Of a DNA stretch of 64,000 nt, positions 24,601 to 36,437 are shown piece by piece. The position numbers were made by a program, and so were the translations under genes. The notes below the pieces were generated by a model. It was not told where the DNA came from. It saw nothing but the letters and a program-made list of their open reading frames with translations, and did no database searches. Position 1 is the first letter of the stretch, and each line of letters starts with the position of its first letter. Source of the DNA: Macrostomum hystrix (taxonomy: Eukaryota > Animalia > Platyhelminthes); assembly GCA_950097015.1 (NCBI GenBank), contig CATNEN010000032.1, positions 2,108,001 through 2,172,000 on the forward strand, read 5' to 3'.

Positions 24601-25567
24601 GAGAGTAGACTATATCAGAGAGAGAGAGTAGACTATATCAGAGAGAGAGTAGACCATATCAGAGAGAGAGTAGACTATATCAGAGAAAGAGAGTAGACTA
24701 TATCAGAGAAAGAGAGTAGACTATATCAGAGAAAGAGAGTAGACTATATCAGAGAAAGAGAGTAGACTATATCAGAGAAAGAGAGTAGACTATATCAGAG
24801 AGAGAGAGTAGACTATATCAGAGAGAGAGTAGACCATATCAGAGAGAGAGTAGACTATATCAGAGAAAGAGAGTAGACTATATCAGAGAGAGAGAGTAGA
24901 CTATATCAGAGAGAGAGTAGACTATATCAGAGAGAGAGAGAGTAGAATATATCAGAGAGAGAGAGAGTAGACTATATCAGAGAGAGAGTAGACTATATCA
25001 GAGAGAGAGAGAGTAGACTATATCAGAGAGAGAGAGAGTAGACTATATCAGAGAGAGAGTAGACTATATCAGAGAGAGAGAGTAGACTATATCAGAGAGA
25101 GAGAGAGTAGACTATATCAGAGAGAGAGAGTAGACTATATCAGAGAGAGAGTAGACAGAAAGTAAAGTGAGTGTAAGCAAGAGAAAATAAATTGTAAAAC
25201 ATCCACAAACCAGGGTAAGCCAAAGTTGCATCACAATCTGCTGTTGCGCTGTATCCTGTCAAAGAGCCAGAGAATAAAAATGAGCACAATCATTGAACAG
25301 CTTTCCTTAGCAAAGGCTCTGTTTTGGTTAATATGCTGTTAGTCAGCATGAAGTGAGGCTACTCACCACACTGACAAGGCTGACCAAGTTGACACTGACC
25401 GTCACGGTGTTGGCAGTGCCATTGTCTGGAGGCGGCCGGGCTAGAGCATTGTAGTTGCCACCGGGCAGTCCCAGAGCTTTCAGCACTGTCTCATCTGGCG
25501 ACTCGGCAGTGTTGGCCCGGACAACAATGGCCAACAATGCGGCGATGCAGGAGAGAAGCTGCAGCAT
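21642..25567 (-). CDS. Divergent Cys-loop receptor subunit, copy D, 427 aa; exons 25567-25367, 25255-25211, 23861-23743, 23254-22918, 22520-22322, 22250-22066, 21839-21642
   Basis: Phase-consistent model (1284 nt) with intron positions and several exon sizes (45, 119, 199, 185 nt) matching copy C. Cys-loop CSMQMIAFPFDVQNC. Confidence 0.92.
22665..22915 (+). mobile_element. SINE family 1 copy in intron 4 of copy D
   Basis: GGGGTGGGTGGCAGAGCGGTTTAAC head and CAACCTCCAAGGCACAGTG body. Confidence 0.8.
23440..23665. repeat. Minisatellite, about 17-bp unit GTGTCTCATCTCTCCC
   Basis: Direct inspection. Confidence 0.9.
23915..25160. repeat. Compound repeat (GA)n-GTAGACTATATCA filling intron 2 of copy D
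   Basis: Direct inspection; the (GA)n tract length varies from unit to unit. Confidence 0.95.
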
Positions 25568-26565
25568 TTTCGGGGCTGCAGAGTTTCTGTCGACTCGGTT
25601 TGACATCATATATAAATAGTTTAATAGGATCTTCCAACTAACTAAGTGTAGCTAATGGGGTTTATGCTGCCAGCTACTCAATCAACATCGCTGGCTACTA
25701 GTTCCATCCAGTTAGTCAAATAGATGGCATAGGCAAACAGTCTATGTGCACAAATTGCATTTGCGAGTGGGAATCAGACCTAGCAATTAAGGAGTTGATT
25801 GACGTTGAGAAAGGTGGAGTGATCACACTCTGTTTGTCAGTTTGATGGTGATGACGGGAAATTAAAACCCGCTCAGTCAGTCTATGCCAAGGTCACCGTT
25901 TTCACATTCAGTTGATACTGAGTGACGCCTATTCACTAGACCCAATCTCTGATACTCAAGGTAATTCAACTTCAACGGATCCTGGGATCAGAAAGTCACT
26001 GCGATGTGATGGCCTCTCAATTTTCCTCAAATCGATCGCGATCGTTGCAATTGAAAGTCCCTTGTGTTACTGGTAGACAGACCCGCTATTTCCCCCTGGG
26101 GAAGGACCATGGGGTATTTCAAATCCCCATTGCCTACTTCACGATAGCTCCCAAGCCGAATGACCGACTTTCGTGATGAAAGTCCACCATATGGATGAAC
26201 ATTTTGTGCCATTAAAAAAATTAATTAATTAAATGGCGACTGGTTGAAACTAGTTTGCTGTTTTCACTGTCATCATTGCATCAGTTTGAATTTTTATGTT
26301 AGTTAAATGCAAGTTCAGTAACATCAATTAGTCAAGTCAACACACGTAGCTAGGCGAACTGCATGGCTGAATCAGACAATGACCGCTATTATCTATCGGC
26401 TTAGTTTTCAAGTACATGTTAAATTATTTAGGGTAGGACTTTCTGCGGCGGCTGCAGTATGAAACAGTAGACCGGACAAGTTCGTCAGACTAACTACTCG
26501 AACTCATCACAGATTTCTCAAAGTCTGAGGAAGGAATTTTTGTAACAAGACCCCGGCTACTGCTA

Positions 26566-26890
26566 GGGGGTGAGTGGCAGAGCGTTCTAACCGTTTGCCT
26601 CTCGCGCCAAGGTCCCTGAGCTCCATTTCGCGGCGAGGCCACATTCATCTGAGGTGCAGCCGCGGAGAGAAGGCTTGGGGGCTTGTCGTGCAATTTACGC
26701 CCTTAAGGGCCAACCTCCAAGGCACAGTGAAAGTGTACACAGCCTGACGATGAGAAAGGGCAGATGTACACACCCCTGTGTGAGTGTGTGCTCAGGAGTC
26801 AGCGAAATGGGCAGAATTGCCTCTTCGCTGACTACGGGTCTAGTGTCAGCAGATGATGTGCCACTGCTCACAGCCCTCCTGCAATTATGT
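26566..26890 (+). mobile_element. SINE family 1, full length
   Basis: GGGGGTGAGTGGCAGAGCG head through to the CAGCCCTCCTGCAATTAT tail. Confidence 0.8.
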
Positions 26891-28429
26891 ATATATTTTT
26901 ATATCAAGCTACAAGCTATAATATTAAGCACGTGCGCGCAGAAAAAAAATGAATATAACCAGTTTAAACAAGTAACTAACCGGCGTCATGAAAACACACC
27001 CCCTATTCTGGGTTGAAAGTTGACAAGAATACAGTTGCATGCAAAATTAAGACAATTGGTAGCACGAAACGAGTTTGAGAATGTATAGGAAAGACTAACC
27101 TTAGGTTTTCAGGCGGTAGTTTTTCATTTTGTTTTAAAACTGGCACTAGTAGAGTCGCATGATGACAGCACAAAAGGCCTTCGCTTTTTCTGAAGAAAAG
27201 CTTTCCAAAAGCATTGCCACTATAGGTGAGGACTTGAGCACCCGAGTTCTCGGGTACAGACAAATTCTAGAGTTCGCCAGCAGACTGAAGACCCTCGATA
27301 AAAAGACAGTCGCCAAGAATGAAAGAAATTTTCTGCGTCAGCAACCACAATTGCTGTTGCTGTACTCTTAAAATTTGAAAACCCGAGGTGCCCACTGGAA
27401 AGTTAGCTTATTTTTTATTTTTTAGATTCAGAGTGAGAATCACCTGTAAAATAGTCTTATATTTCAGACGCATGATTAAACAGCTTAACATTTGATGAAG
27501 ACAGATGATATCTACCACTGTAAATATTAACTACCGATTGATTGTACAATAGATAAACCAGCTATTGAGCACCGCTTCCAAAGGTTGTGTATGTCCATGG
27601 ACTTAAGGTCGACGCTGGTATGCTGGTACTCCTCTGTGGTATGCTCTCGACCTTTGATTGTACGCGGAGGTTGACTGTTGACTGTTAGACGATAAATATT
27701 GGACGAAAAAGCATTGATAGTTAATAAACTCAGAAAAAAATTCAAAGAAATTACAATTGTTGCGTTGTGATTCTGAAAAGTATTTGGGGATCAAATAACC
27801 GAAGCAGTCCCTGATCTCTTTCTATTTCGTTATTTAATGAAAAACTTTCAAAGCATGCAGCTGAGAGCACAAAATACCAGACAATAGTTTTTCTATAAAA
27901 TCGATAGTATTTATAAACTAAACTTGTTTAAAGTACAAACTAAACTTGTCGATAGAAAACGACAAAAACAATGGCTAAAAACCCAGACATTTCTAAATCT
28001 AGCATGTTAGCTTAAGCAAAGCTTTAGTTTCAAAGAAATCTGAAGGAAATAATGGTCAGAGTGCTTTGTTGCGCTTTGATATCGAAAGTAATTCAAATTT
28101 GAGTTCCACATTATTTACTACAGAGCAATCTGACCTTTAAAAATCAACAGTTTGTTTGAGAAATTAGGCAAAAAACACTACAGACTGGAGTGAGACTTCT
28201 TGACTGATATTTGACAGCTGCAGACTTATACATGTAAAAAGTTTGAGAGAAATCATGCTTTTCAGAAAAAGCAATAAAACATCTAAATTAAGAATGTGTG
28301 ATATAGGGACTGGCAGTTTCAGGGTATCAGGACATTCTATAGAATTAACACTATTGGCTGACACCGAAAATACAAAGGAAAGTTGCGAGGCTGAGTCTCA
28401 GCAATGCGATTGCAACTAAAGGCGACCGT

Positions 28430-31400
28430 TCAAATTTTGATCTCCATCAGGACGGCCACCTTGCGAACCATTTGCCTGTGCTTGCTGACCGGACCTGCGG
28501 GTTTTGTGTGACAGACTCAACTAAACTTATCATAGGGGTGAACTAACAGCCTTAAACTAGTCTTGAAGTCGTTTGGAGCAACCAGGCAAACTCATCAAGC
28601 CAAGGACCACTAGTAGTTAGCCTATGTTAGTAGTCCTTGCATCAAGCACTATCCATTCACAAGAAATAATTGATTACACCTGCCCCAATCGGGCCAGATG
28701 TGCAGCCGAGAGTACAACCGCAGCTATTGCGCGGCGCGTCTGAAGGCTGCGTACGGCTGTTCAGTCCATGGACAGGGGGGACGCCAGACCCACCCTCAAT
28801 TACCCCAGCTAATGCTGGTACCCATTAACAGCTGGGTGAACTGAAGCAATGCAGAGTTAAGTGTCTTGCTAAAGGACACAAATTGTTCCAGTGGAGTCCA
28901 GAATCGAATCCCCCGACCTTCAAGTCGTGAGTCTCTAACCACTAGGCTACAACTATCAAACTGTGTATCTTACCTATGTAGCTAAGCAGAACCGGCAGGA
29001 ACACGAGGCCGTGCAGAGCCCCGAAAAGCACAATGCCCAGGTACATGCGGAAGTAGAAGACGCGGAACAGCTGTGACTTGGCGAAGCCCAGAATGATGAT
29101 ACCGCCCAGTTTCGTCAGAGTGATGCCGGAGAACACCGAGCTGCCCATGTGGATGAAGCTGTCGCGCGCCTTCTCCAGCCTAGTCCTCTCCGCTGACACG
29201 GTGTAGGCTCTGACCAGGTGGGAGCAGAACTCTACTGAGATGCCCAGGGCCTAGAATGTATAATTATAAGGTACCAAATGGAGAAAAACTCGACTCTGAG
29301 ATTTAATATGATTATTTGCACTTTAAGAGTAGGAATACTAAGCCATTTTGCCGCCCGTTTTTATACCACGGGAATTCCCCTCTAAAAACTTTTTTGCCAG
29401 CGCCTGAATGCTAACAGCGTTGGGTGGTGACTGATTGGTTGACAGACTAGACAATGGTGTACTGTGGTTGAGCTGTGCCTAATATTTTGGCTTCATCAGT
29501 GAAATTGGAGAAATTCGCGTCAGGGTGTCCATAATGTCCTAGTTCCACCTGTTGTAGCCCTTAAAGGTCCAGGAGTCCGGCTAGATAAAGTTAGGTGACC
29601 AACGAAGACGGAGATGATGCAGGCACATTCGGGTGACATGCTGATAAGTTTTGAAGGCCTGGCAAAGCCGCAAAGGCGCAGTGCTAATTTGTGTATAGTG
29701 GTGTATGAAATACACTAGCGCTTATGGGAAAAAATCCGACCTTCGGCCAGAAACATTGAATATCTCGACGGTCTGAAGAGCTCGCGGCTTGATTATTGTT
29801 TTAGAAGATGCGCAACAAAAAGTTGGCCCGTGTTCTTTAGTTTCACGTGCTTGCGTTGTTCCGTTCGGCTGCAGCAAAAATTCCCCCTTGGTAGTTCAAC
29901 AGTAAAGCTACCATTTTAAAACAAATAAACCACGTACCACCAGTCATAATCGCTGACTCACCATGACAAGATTCACCAGAGAAACGGCATTCAGCGATAT
30001 GTCCCAGAAGAACATGAGGCCCAGCATTGACAGTAGAATGAGACCGATCGTAAGCATGATGATGAATGTCGCAAAAATGTCCAAGCCAAGGAGCACCAGG
30101 GTGACGAAGGCGATGGCGGCAGAACAGATGGCCAAGTTAATGGCCGTATCGCTCACTATCGTCAAGTATTGTTCGTAGAAAACGTAGAACACACTGTAGG
30201 GGAACACCTTCAGGTCCTTGCGTCCGGTTGTAGCCTGGAAGTGGCGGGTAATGTCCTCGGACATTTTCACTGCCATCTTGTAGGCGTTGATGAAATCATC
30301 GCCGTTGCGTAGAACCGAATGGTAGGTCATGTAGTGCGATGCGGACACGCCAACTGTTCTCGAGAGCTGTTTCTCGCGCTTGATTGCCGCAGCATAGGCC
30401 GCGTGGCCACCCTTGGGGCAGGCGACCCCGGGATTGTCTTTGAGAAAGAAGTCGATGTAGCGGAAGAACTCGCCCTGGACTGGCCAGCCTTCGATTGTGA
30501 AGTTGACGCTGCACGGTGTGCAGTCGGCGGTACGACTGGAGGCGGGGCAGAACTGTCCAGAAGAGTGGTAGCTGCAGCACGGCGAAGTGTCACTCGGCTC
30601 TAGCCAATCTACGTAGTCGTCTAGCCAGGAGCTTGGTGGGCTTACAATGTGCGAGTAAGAAGGCACCTCGGCCATCTGAGACAGTTGGTTTAGCATCGAA
30701 TTTTGTGGACATCCGGCGCGACTGCAGATAAGGCTCTGGTGCACCGGATTCGAGTAATCCATCGCGCCCGAGACCACAAAGTAGACCGGCGGCCCGACGC
30801 TGAGAAAGTTCTTAATTCCGTCAAAGTAGGCGCTTACGTAGCTGTCCTCCGGCATGCTCAGCTCTTGGTCCAGTCCGATGCGAACCTTGTGCACACAGGC
30901 TAGGCAGATGCACGCCCAGGCGACGAAGATTAGTATGATCACTGGCCGCACCCATCTGTTAAAAATCCAGGAAGACATAAAGCGCTTAAAGAACTGAAAC
31001 AGGATGCCTTTACTCTCCGTCTTTCCCGCCTTGTCGCTGGTTTTCTGGCTTGCTTTTTTGGCCTTTTTAGAAACGCAGCAGCAGAGTACGTCTCGCCGAC
31101 TAGCAGCCTGACGCTTGGCGTCCAACGTTAGCACGGCGACGAAGCAGCTTATCTGCAGCAGGAAGTCCAGAAGGACAGCCATGCCAGCGTAAAGTGCGAA
31201 AACTCGCACTGCTGGCATTGAGGTGAATGCGCCAAAGAAAAAGGCGACAGACTCGCTGAGGCTGCTCAGCAGCATGCTGGGTCCAACACGGCCCACCACT
31301 CGGGCCACCTTCGACTCTACGCTGTCGGCTCCGGCAAAGTCTCGCTGATATGTGTGCACCAGGATGAAAATATTGTCCACTCCAACGGCCAATACTAAGA

Positions 31401-34400
31401 ATGGAACAACTTCGATGATGATTAACGTGGCTGGGAATCCCAGATAGCTCCACACGCCCAGAGAGCACGCTACTGCCACGAGCACGATGAAAACTCCAAC
31501 GAGGCCCATTGTTATCTTCACGTGAACCATCAAGCCACGGCAAGACTTGTACTGACCTAGGGTAAGCGTCACATAGGCAAACATCAGCATGTAGCTTCCT
31601 AGGATGGTGACCACGTCGGAGTTCGATTCTCGCTCCAATTCGTCCTGGATCGAGCGCTCTGACGAATACCTCACATCCAGCTCCTCGTGCGTCTCGTTTG
31701 CGAATCGGTGCATGACCTCCAGAAAAGCACTCTCCCACTCCATGGCCATACGAACCTGTGAGTATAGGAGAAAGTGAGGAGTGAGCTCTTATCTTAGCTT
31801 TTATAGTAGCTCAGGACTTAATCCAAATATTACGACATCTTACCTGCTCTGAACCATGGTCTACGTGATTATTCACCAAGAATGTGAGCACAACAGCAGT
31901 AGCATTGAGGTATTCTTTGTTGCTATAGCCTCCAAACACCACCCACGGATAGATGGGACCGCCCCATTCGGAGAAGCAGCTCAGCTTCAGGTTGCTGTCG
32001 CTGCTGACACTAAGCGGATTCTTGGTGCAGGCCAACAGGTGCGTCACAAAGTCTGCATGAGTCAGTCCAAAGTCCAAGTCCACCGCGTCCTTGTTTAGAG
32101 TGCTGCTGTTGGACTGGAAGTAGCCCAGAGGGCTCTGCACCGCGCAGGTAGAGTAGCTTGGCGAAAGTGGCTTGAAGCAAATGTCTGTTAGGCTGATGTC
32201 TTGCTTTTTAGTCTTGCTCCAAACCTTCATGCTGGTAAGGTTAGTCTGCAGTTCCAGCACCTTCTGCAGAAATTTCTTGCTAATAACTGGCCCAAAAGAC
32301 TTGTGCGCCAGAGGCTCATAGTAGGGAATTTTGGGCTCGTGTATGTAGCTGCTCTTGTTCCGCGGAATAATTATCACCTGTTCCGTTCGATAGAATGGTC
32401 TGAAATAACATGAGAAGGTTGGTGTTAGTGAAAGGTTAATTTGCTATAGCTATTTAGTGCACTGGCATCATTTGGATACTGTAATCATCACTACTTGAGC
32501 TGTTGCTCACAGTTTGAGCACAATTGTGGAATGCAGACAGATACTTAAACTGAGAAGCGATGGATTAACAAACTAAATTTAGAGCTGACACGACGGGCAG
32601 TTTGTCAGCCTTCTGAAGACATGGGGTGGGTCAAAGAAGTGGGTGCGGGTCTGTTGCGTTGTTTTAGAGTGCGCCATGGCAACCAAAACAAAAAGATTTA
32701 TTCCAAGCAAACGAAGCCGAAACCAGAGTGAGAGGGAGAGAGAGCGGGGGCAGGGATTGTGATGGCCAGTTTTAATAGCCACATTCAAATGCTGTTCATC
32801 CATTGCCGTTAGCACTCACATGACGAGGCCAGCGTTCACAATAGAAAGAGAAGAAGGCAATTTACAAAGAAGAGAGGCCGGGTGCTTGGAGAAGAGTCTG
32901 ATGCTGATGCAAGCCCGGTGTGGCGTGACTACCACCCCCGCTGAGGGCAAGTGGACGATGGTTATTGTCGGGTGTGTAATGAGCGGGTCAGGTGGGCGCA
33001 TTCCTTCCACCCACCATTCTGTCGGGCTGAATTGCAGCAGAATGTGAGCGACCACCCCATGATGACAAATGGCGACTAAATTATTTAGTCAACTGCGATA
33101 AATCCGAAATATAGCATGAGTTTTTTAGCGAAGGGCGCATGAATTCCCACGCCATGACTTGTTTCTTCTTAGTAAAATAAAACGCAATTAAGCTAGTAAC
33201 GAATCGAATGCACTAAAGTACTCTCTTGCCTTATCAAGGGTAGATCAACTGGTTTGCTTTGTCAGCCTAGCCCTGCCATCTCGACAATAGCAAGCAATAC
33301 TGGCTTGACAATTTCAGTTCCCAGAATATCGAGACAAGAAGTCGGCGCTGGGCAAAAGTCTCTAATATCGTTCCCATGCAGTTGTATTGCTGGCTGGCAA
33401 GCCAGGCATTGCTCTGTATTGTGAGAGAGGGCGATGTACAATGTGTGCCAGTCCCACCAGACCCTGGCTTAGAACACTCCGCGTAAGCAAGAAATGGAAT
33501 TGAATGACTCTAGAAATTGGACAAGCGACAGAGAATAGAGGTGGAATGAGTTCTGGTCTAAGCCAGTCGAGTGTTGTTAAAGTTGCAATTTGTAAGCAGG
33601 CACAAAAGCACAATGGCATATCAGCCGGGGTGACGCCGGTTCTCAATAATTGATGAGTGTTTAAAAATTTGGATAAGAAACTCAATTCAACATAGTGGGG
33701 AAAATGGGGAATAAAATATGAGCAGTAAAAAATTACTTACCCGAAATTCTTATCAAAGAAGGCCTTCTGCTGCCTGGCAGTCGACTGCGGCGAGCTCCAT
33801 AGTTCCACAGGGTCCGTGGTCACTTGAAAGAACAGAACACCACAAGACAATGCGATGCACACAACGAAGCTCAGCATGATGACGACAATCGGGTGCTTGG
33901 CCACTAGTAGGCCCCAGCTAGTGAATGCGGCTTCAATGCGGGCCTCGAACTGTCCGCTGACGCGATCGGAGCAGTCAATCTCAGTGTCCGAAAGGCGAGT
34001 GCCGTCAGTTAGGAAGGCCTGACTACTCGGCGAGGTTAGGCCGTAGGTCAGCTCGCTGGCTACCTTCTCGGATGATGCAGCAGAATAGGCGGTATTAGAG
34101 TCCTTCGAAGACGTGCTGATGCGGGAGTGCAAGCTGTTCAATCGATGCGCCTGGACAAAGAAAAAGATGTTCCACGCGGAGAAGGCAATGACGAAGGCGC
34201 CATAGACGGCAGCGATGATGACGTACCAGCCGTCGACTCCAAGAATCAGCCAGGGCTTCGGTGGCTCGGGGATCTCTGGCGCCTTGGCGCAGGCCGCCTG
34301 GCAGTCACTGCAGGAGCAGGGGGCGATGCCGCGCTCTCTGTCACCAACGTGACACTGAACGGAACTAACATTCATAGGGCAGTGCTTCAGGCCCTCGCTG

Positions 34401-35178
34401 ACGTGGCATACATCCTCCACCAAGAATTTAATTTCGAACGGAGCGTACGGATTTTCGGACGGGCTACCAATGAACTTAAACAAGTCATTAACTGTGCACT
34501 TTTCCACGCTGACAGACCCGCACATGGCAGCGATAGCCTTGCCGTTTCCGTGGCTGACGCCTTTGCAGCTGTTAAAGAATGTGTGAGCGAATCTGCTGCT
34601 GATGTTGTAGTCAACAGCCCTGACTGAATTAACGGACTCGTCAAAGTTTGTTATCCTCATAAACGAGCTTTGGTTAGCAGAGCAAGCCATGCTGCAAAAC
34701 AAGGAGCGGAAGTTTCTCCAGCAAGCCGGACAGCGCCTCAAAAGGAGGCCGGCGCGGTCCATCTGGATGCTCAAAGTTTCGACCTGAGCATCAGAGCAGC
34801 ATGTCCGAACACCCTCGGGACCGTTAGTGACGAACTCCGGGCAGAGGTTCTTCAGCAAGGCCAAAGACTTCGGGCTGCTCATCGGCTTGGGCGGTCCGCT
34901 GTATTTGCAATTAATTGGATGATCCGTATCACTGCGACCGCACTCATCGTACATGATGCAGTCCGCGGAAACCTAGCAGAATGATTTTTTTCATTAGATA
35001 CGCCGGTTTTAAGGTGCAAATTAGGATTTTCTAGCTTAAAACACACAAAAAATCTATCTACCTACCAACCTATCCACCCAGTTTAAAGAAATGTACATAC
35101 AGTATTTAAGCATTAGTTTAAACTCACGAAATCTAGCCAAAGAGTTGCGATGAAAATTATGCTAATCAAAAGCTTCAT
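28430..35178 (-). CDS. NPC1: Niemann-Pick C1 lysosomal sterol transporter, about 1324 aa; exons 35178-35128, 34972-33741, 32399-31844, 31755-29962, 29250-28974, 28494-28430 (last exon tentative)
   Basis: N-terminal Cys-rich domain CIMYDECG...[17 protein letters not shown], sterol-sensing domain [49 protein letters not shown]. Model is phase-consistent (3975 nt). Confidence 0.95.
28680..28950 (-). mobile_element. SINE family 2 (tRNA head + CORE-like central domain)
   Basis: Reverse complement: TAGCCTAGTGGTT (A box), GATTCGATTC (B-box-like), GTGTCCTTTAGCAAGACACTTAACTC...CACCCAGCTGTTAATGGGTACC. Homologous to 36705-36985. Confidence 0.8.
29340..29790 (+). repeat. Unclassified dispersed repeat of about 450 bp, copy 1 (NPC1 intron)
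   Basis: Collinear with 57635-58045, e.g. GGGTGGTGACTGATTGGTTGAC, CAGTGAAATTGGAGAAATTCGCGTCAGGGTGT, ATTGAATATCTCGACGGTCTGAAGAGCT. Confidence 0.85.
32850..32970 (+). mobile_element. Possible decayed RTE-type LINE 3' fragment
   Basis: Translates [13 protein letters not shown], resembling the LEKxLMLG motif at the end of RTE/BovB ORFs. Short and degenerate. Confidence 0.3.
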
Positions 35179-36437
35179 TCTCTTTTGATTCTTGACACCA
35201 GTGGCGCAGTCAATTAAAATACTTCTGAAACTGCGCTCTCGGAACAGAAGGAAAAATAAACGATATATAATAAACGATTCGGATTTGGATAGTTTTTCGA
35301 GAAAGATGGCATTAAAATTGTTCGATAAAACGGTTGTATTTATAATGAATCTTTAAATAGCTCTTAAATGGAATGGCCAGTTGGATTTCAAGGTCGCAGA
35401 ATCACCCCACAAAAAAACAAACAAATCGTCTTGAGCCAAGGAATTTCTTTAGTTAATTTTTAATACTTTTTATATCCCACACTACAACGACTAAGTGGAA
35501 CGTAAATGTTGACTAAACAATGGTTCTTTCTTTTGTTTTATCGATTCACGAAATTTATAGGCACCATTTTAAAAACTCAATTGAAACAAGCAAGCGAGTT
35601 CTCTCAAATCACCGCATAGTTTCATTACATTTTTTATCAAAAAATGAGACTTTTTTCTAAATACATTTGCTGTCATGATAATTTTTCTTTGCATAGAAAG
35701 AAATTTCATAAAGATGATCAAATTTAATATGATCAAACACAATGCTATTATAAAGAAATTAAATGAAGGGAAGTAAGAAAACAAAAACTAAAAAATAAAC
35801 TCTGAGAAACAAATATAATTTTTAAATAGTTTACTTCTTTCGAATTCTTCAACTAAGAAAATGAGTTCATTGGGTTGGTTCATATTGTAAATTATAAACT
35901 CACTAGATATTTGTATTTTTTTATATTATAAATATATTATAATTTATAAATATTTTTATTCATAAAAAGCAATAGGTCTGTGTTTAGATAAAAATATTTG
36001 CTAATAAATCATTTAATTTAACTGTTCGAATCACACATTTAAAAAAAATGCTGTTTTTGTTTTTAGTTTAGAAAGAATGCATGCTGTACAATATTATTTG
36101 TAGAATTAGTAAGTAAGCTTTAGAAAAGCCAAAAAATTAATATTTTTTTTAATTACAAGACCTACAGATTTACTAAGCTTAAGCAAAAGCTTAACATCCA
36201 TTTAGTTGTGTCAAAAAGAGAAATTTTACAAAAACTATTTTTTCACTGTCTTATGATATGTCGATTTAATAAAAGAAAACTATTGTGCCAGTGACGGCCG
36301 CTCATATCCAACTATTTTTTCAGTGCTTATTAGAACACAAAATTGGTGGCCTTCTCTGATTGGTGGAGAATTCTGACATAAGAGCCCGAATATTTCTCAT
36401 TGATGATATGTCTCCCAAAGGTTCTCAAAGCAGAAAA

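Noticed and set aside
10073-26170. Shared ~40-bp motif TCGGTCATTCGG(T/C)TTGGGAGCTATC(A/G)TGAAGTAGGCA at about 10073 (+) and 26130-26170 (-)
   Set aside because: Considered as an inverted boundary of the cluster, but one copy is inside an intron of gene A. More likely fragments of another dispersed repeat.
27003-27794. Short ORFs between Cys-loop D and NPC1 (e.g. 27159-27371)
   Set aside because: No recognisable motif or consistent splice model. They are not supportable as genes from sequence alone.
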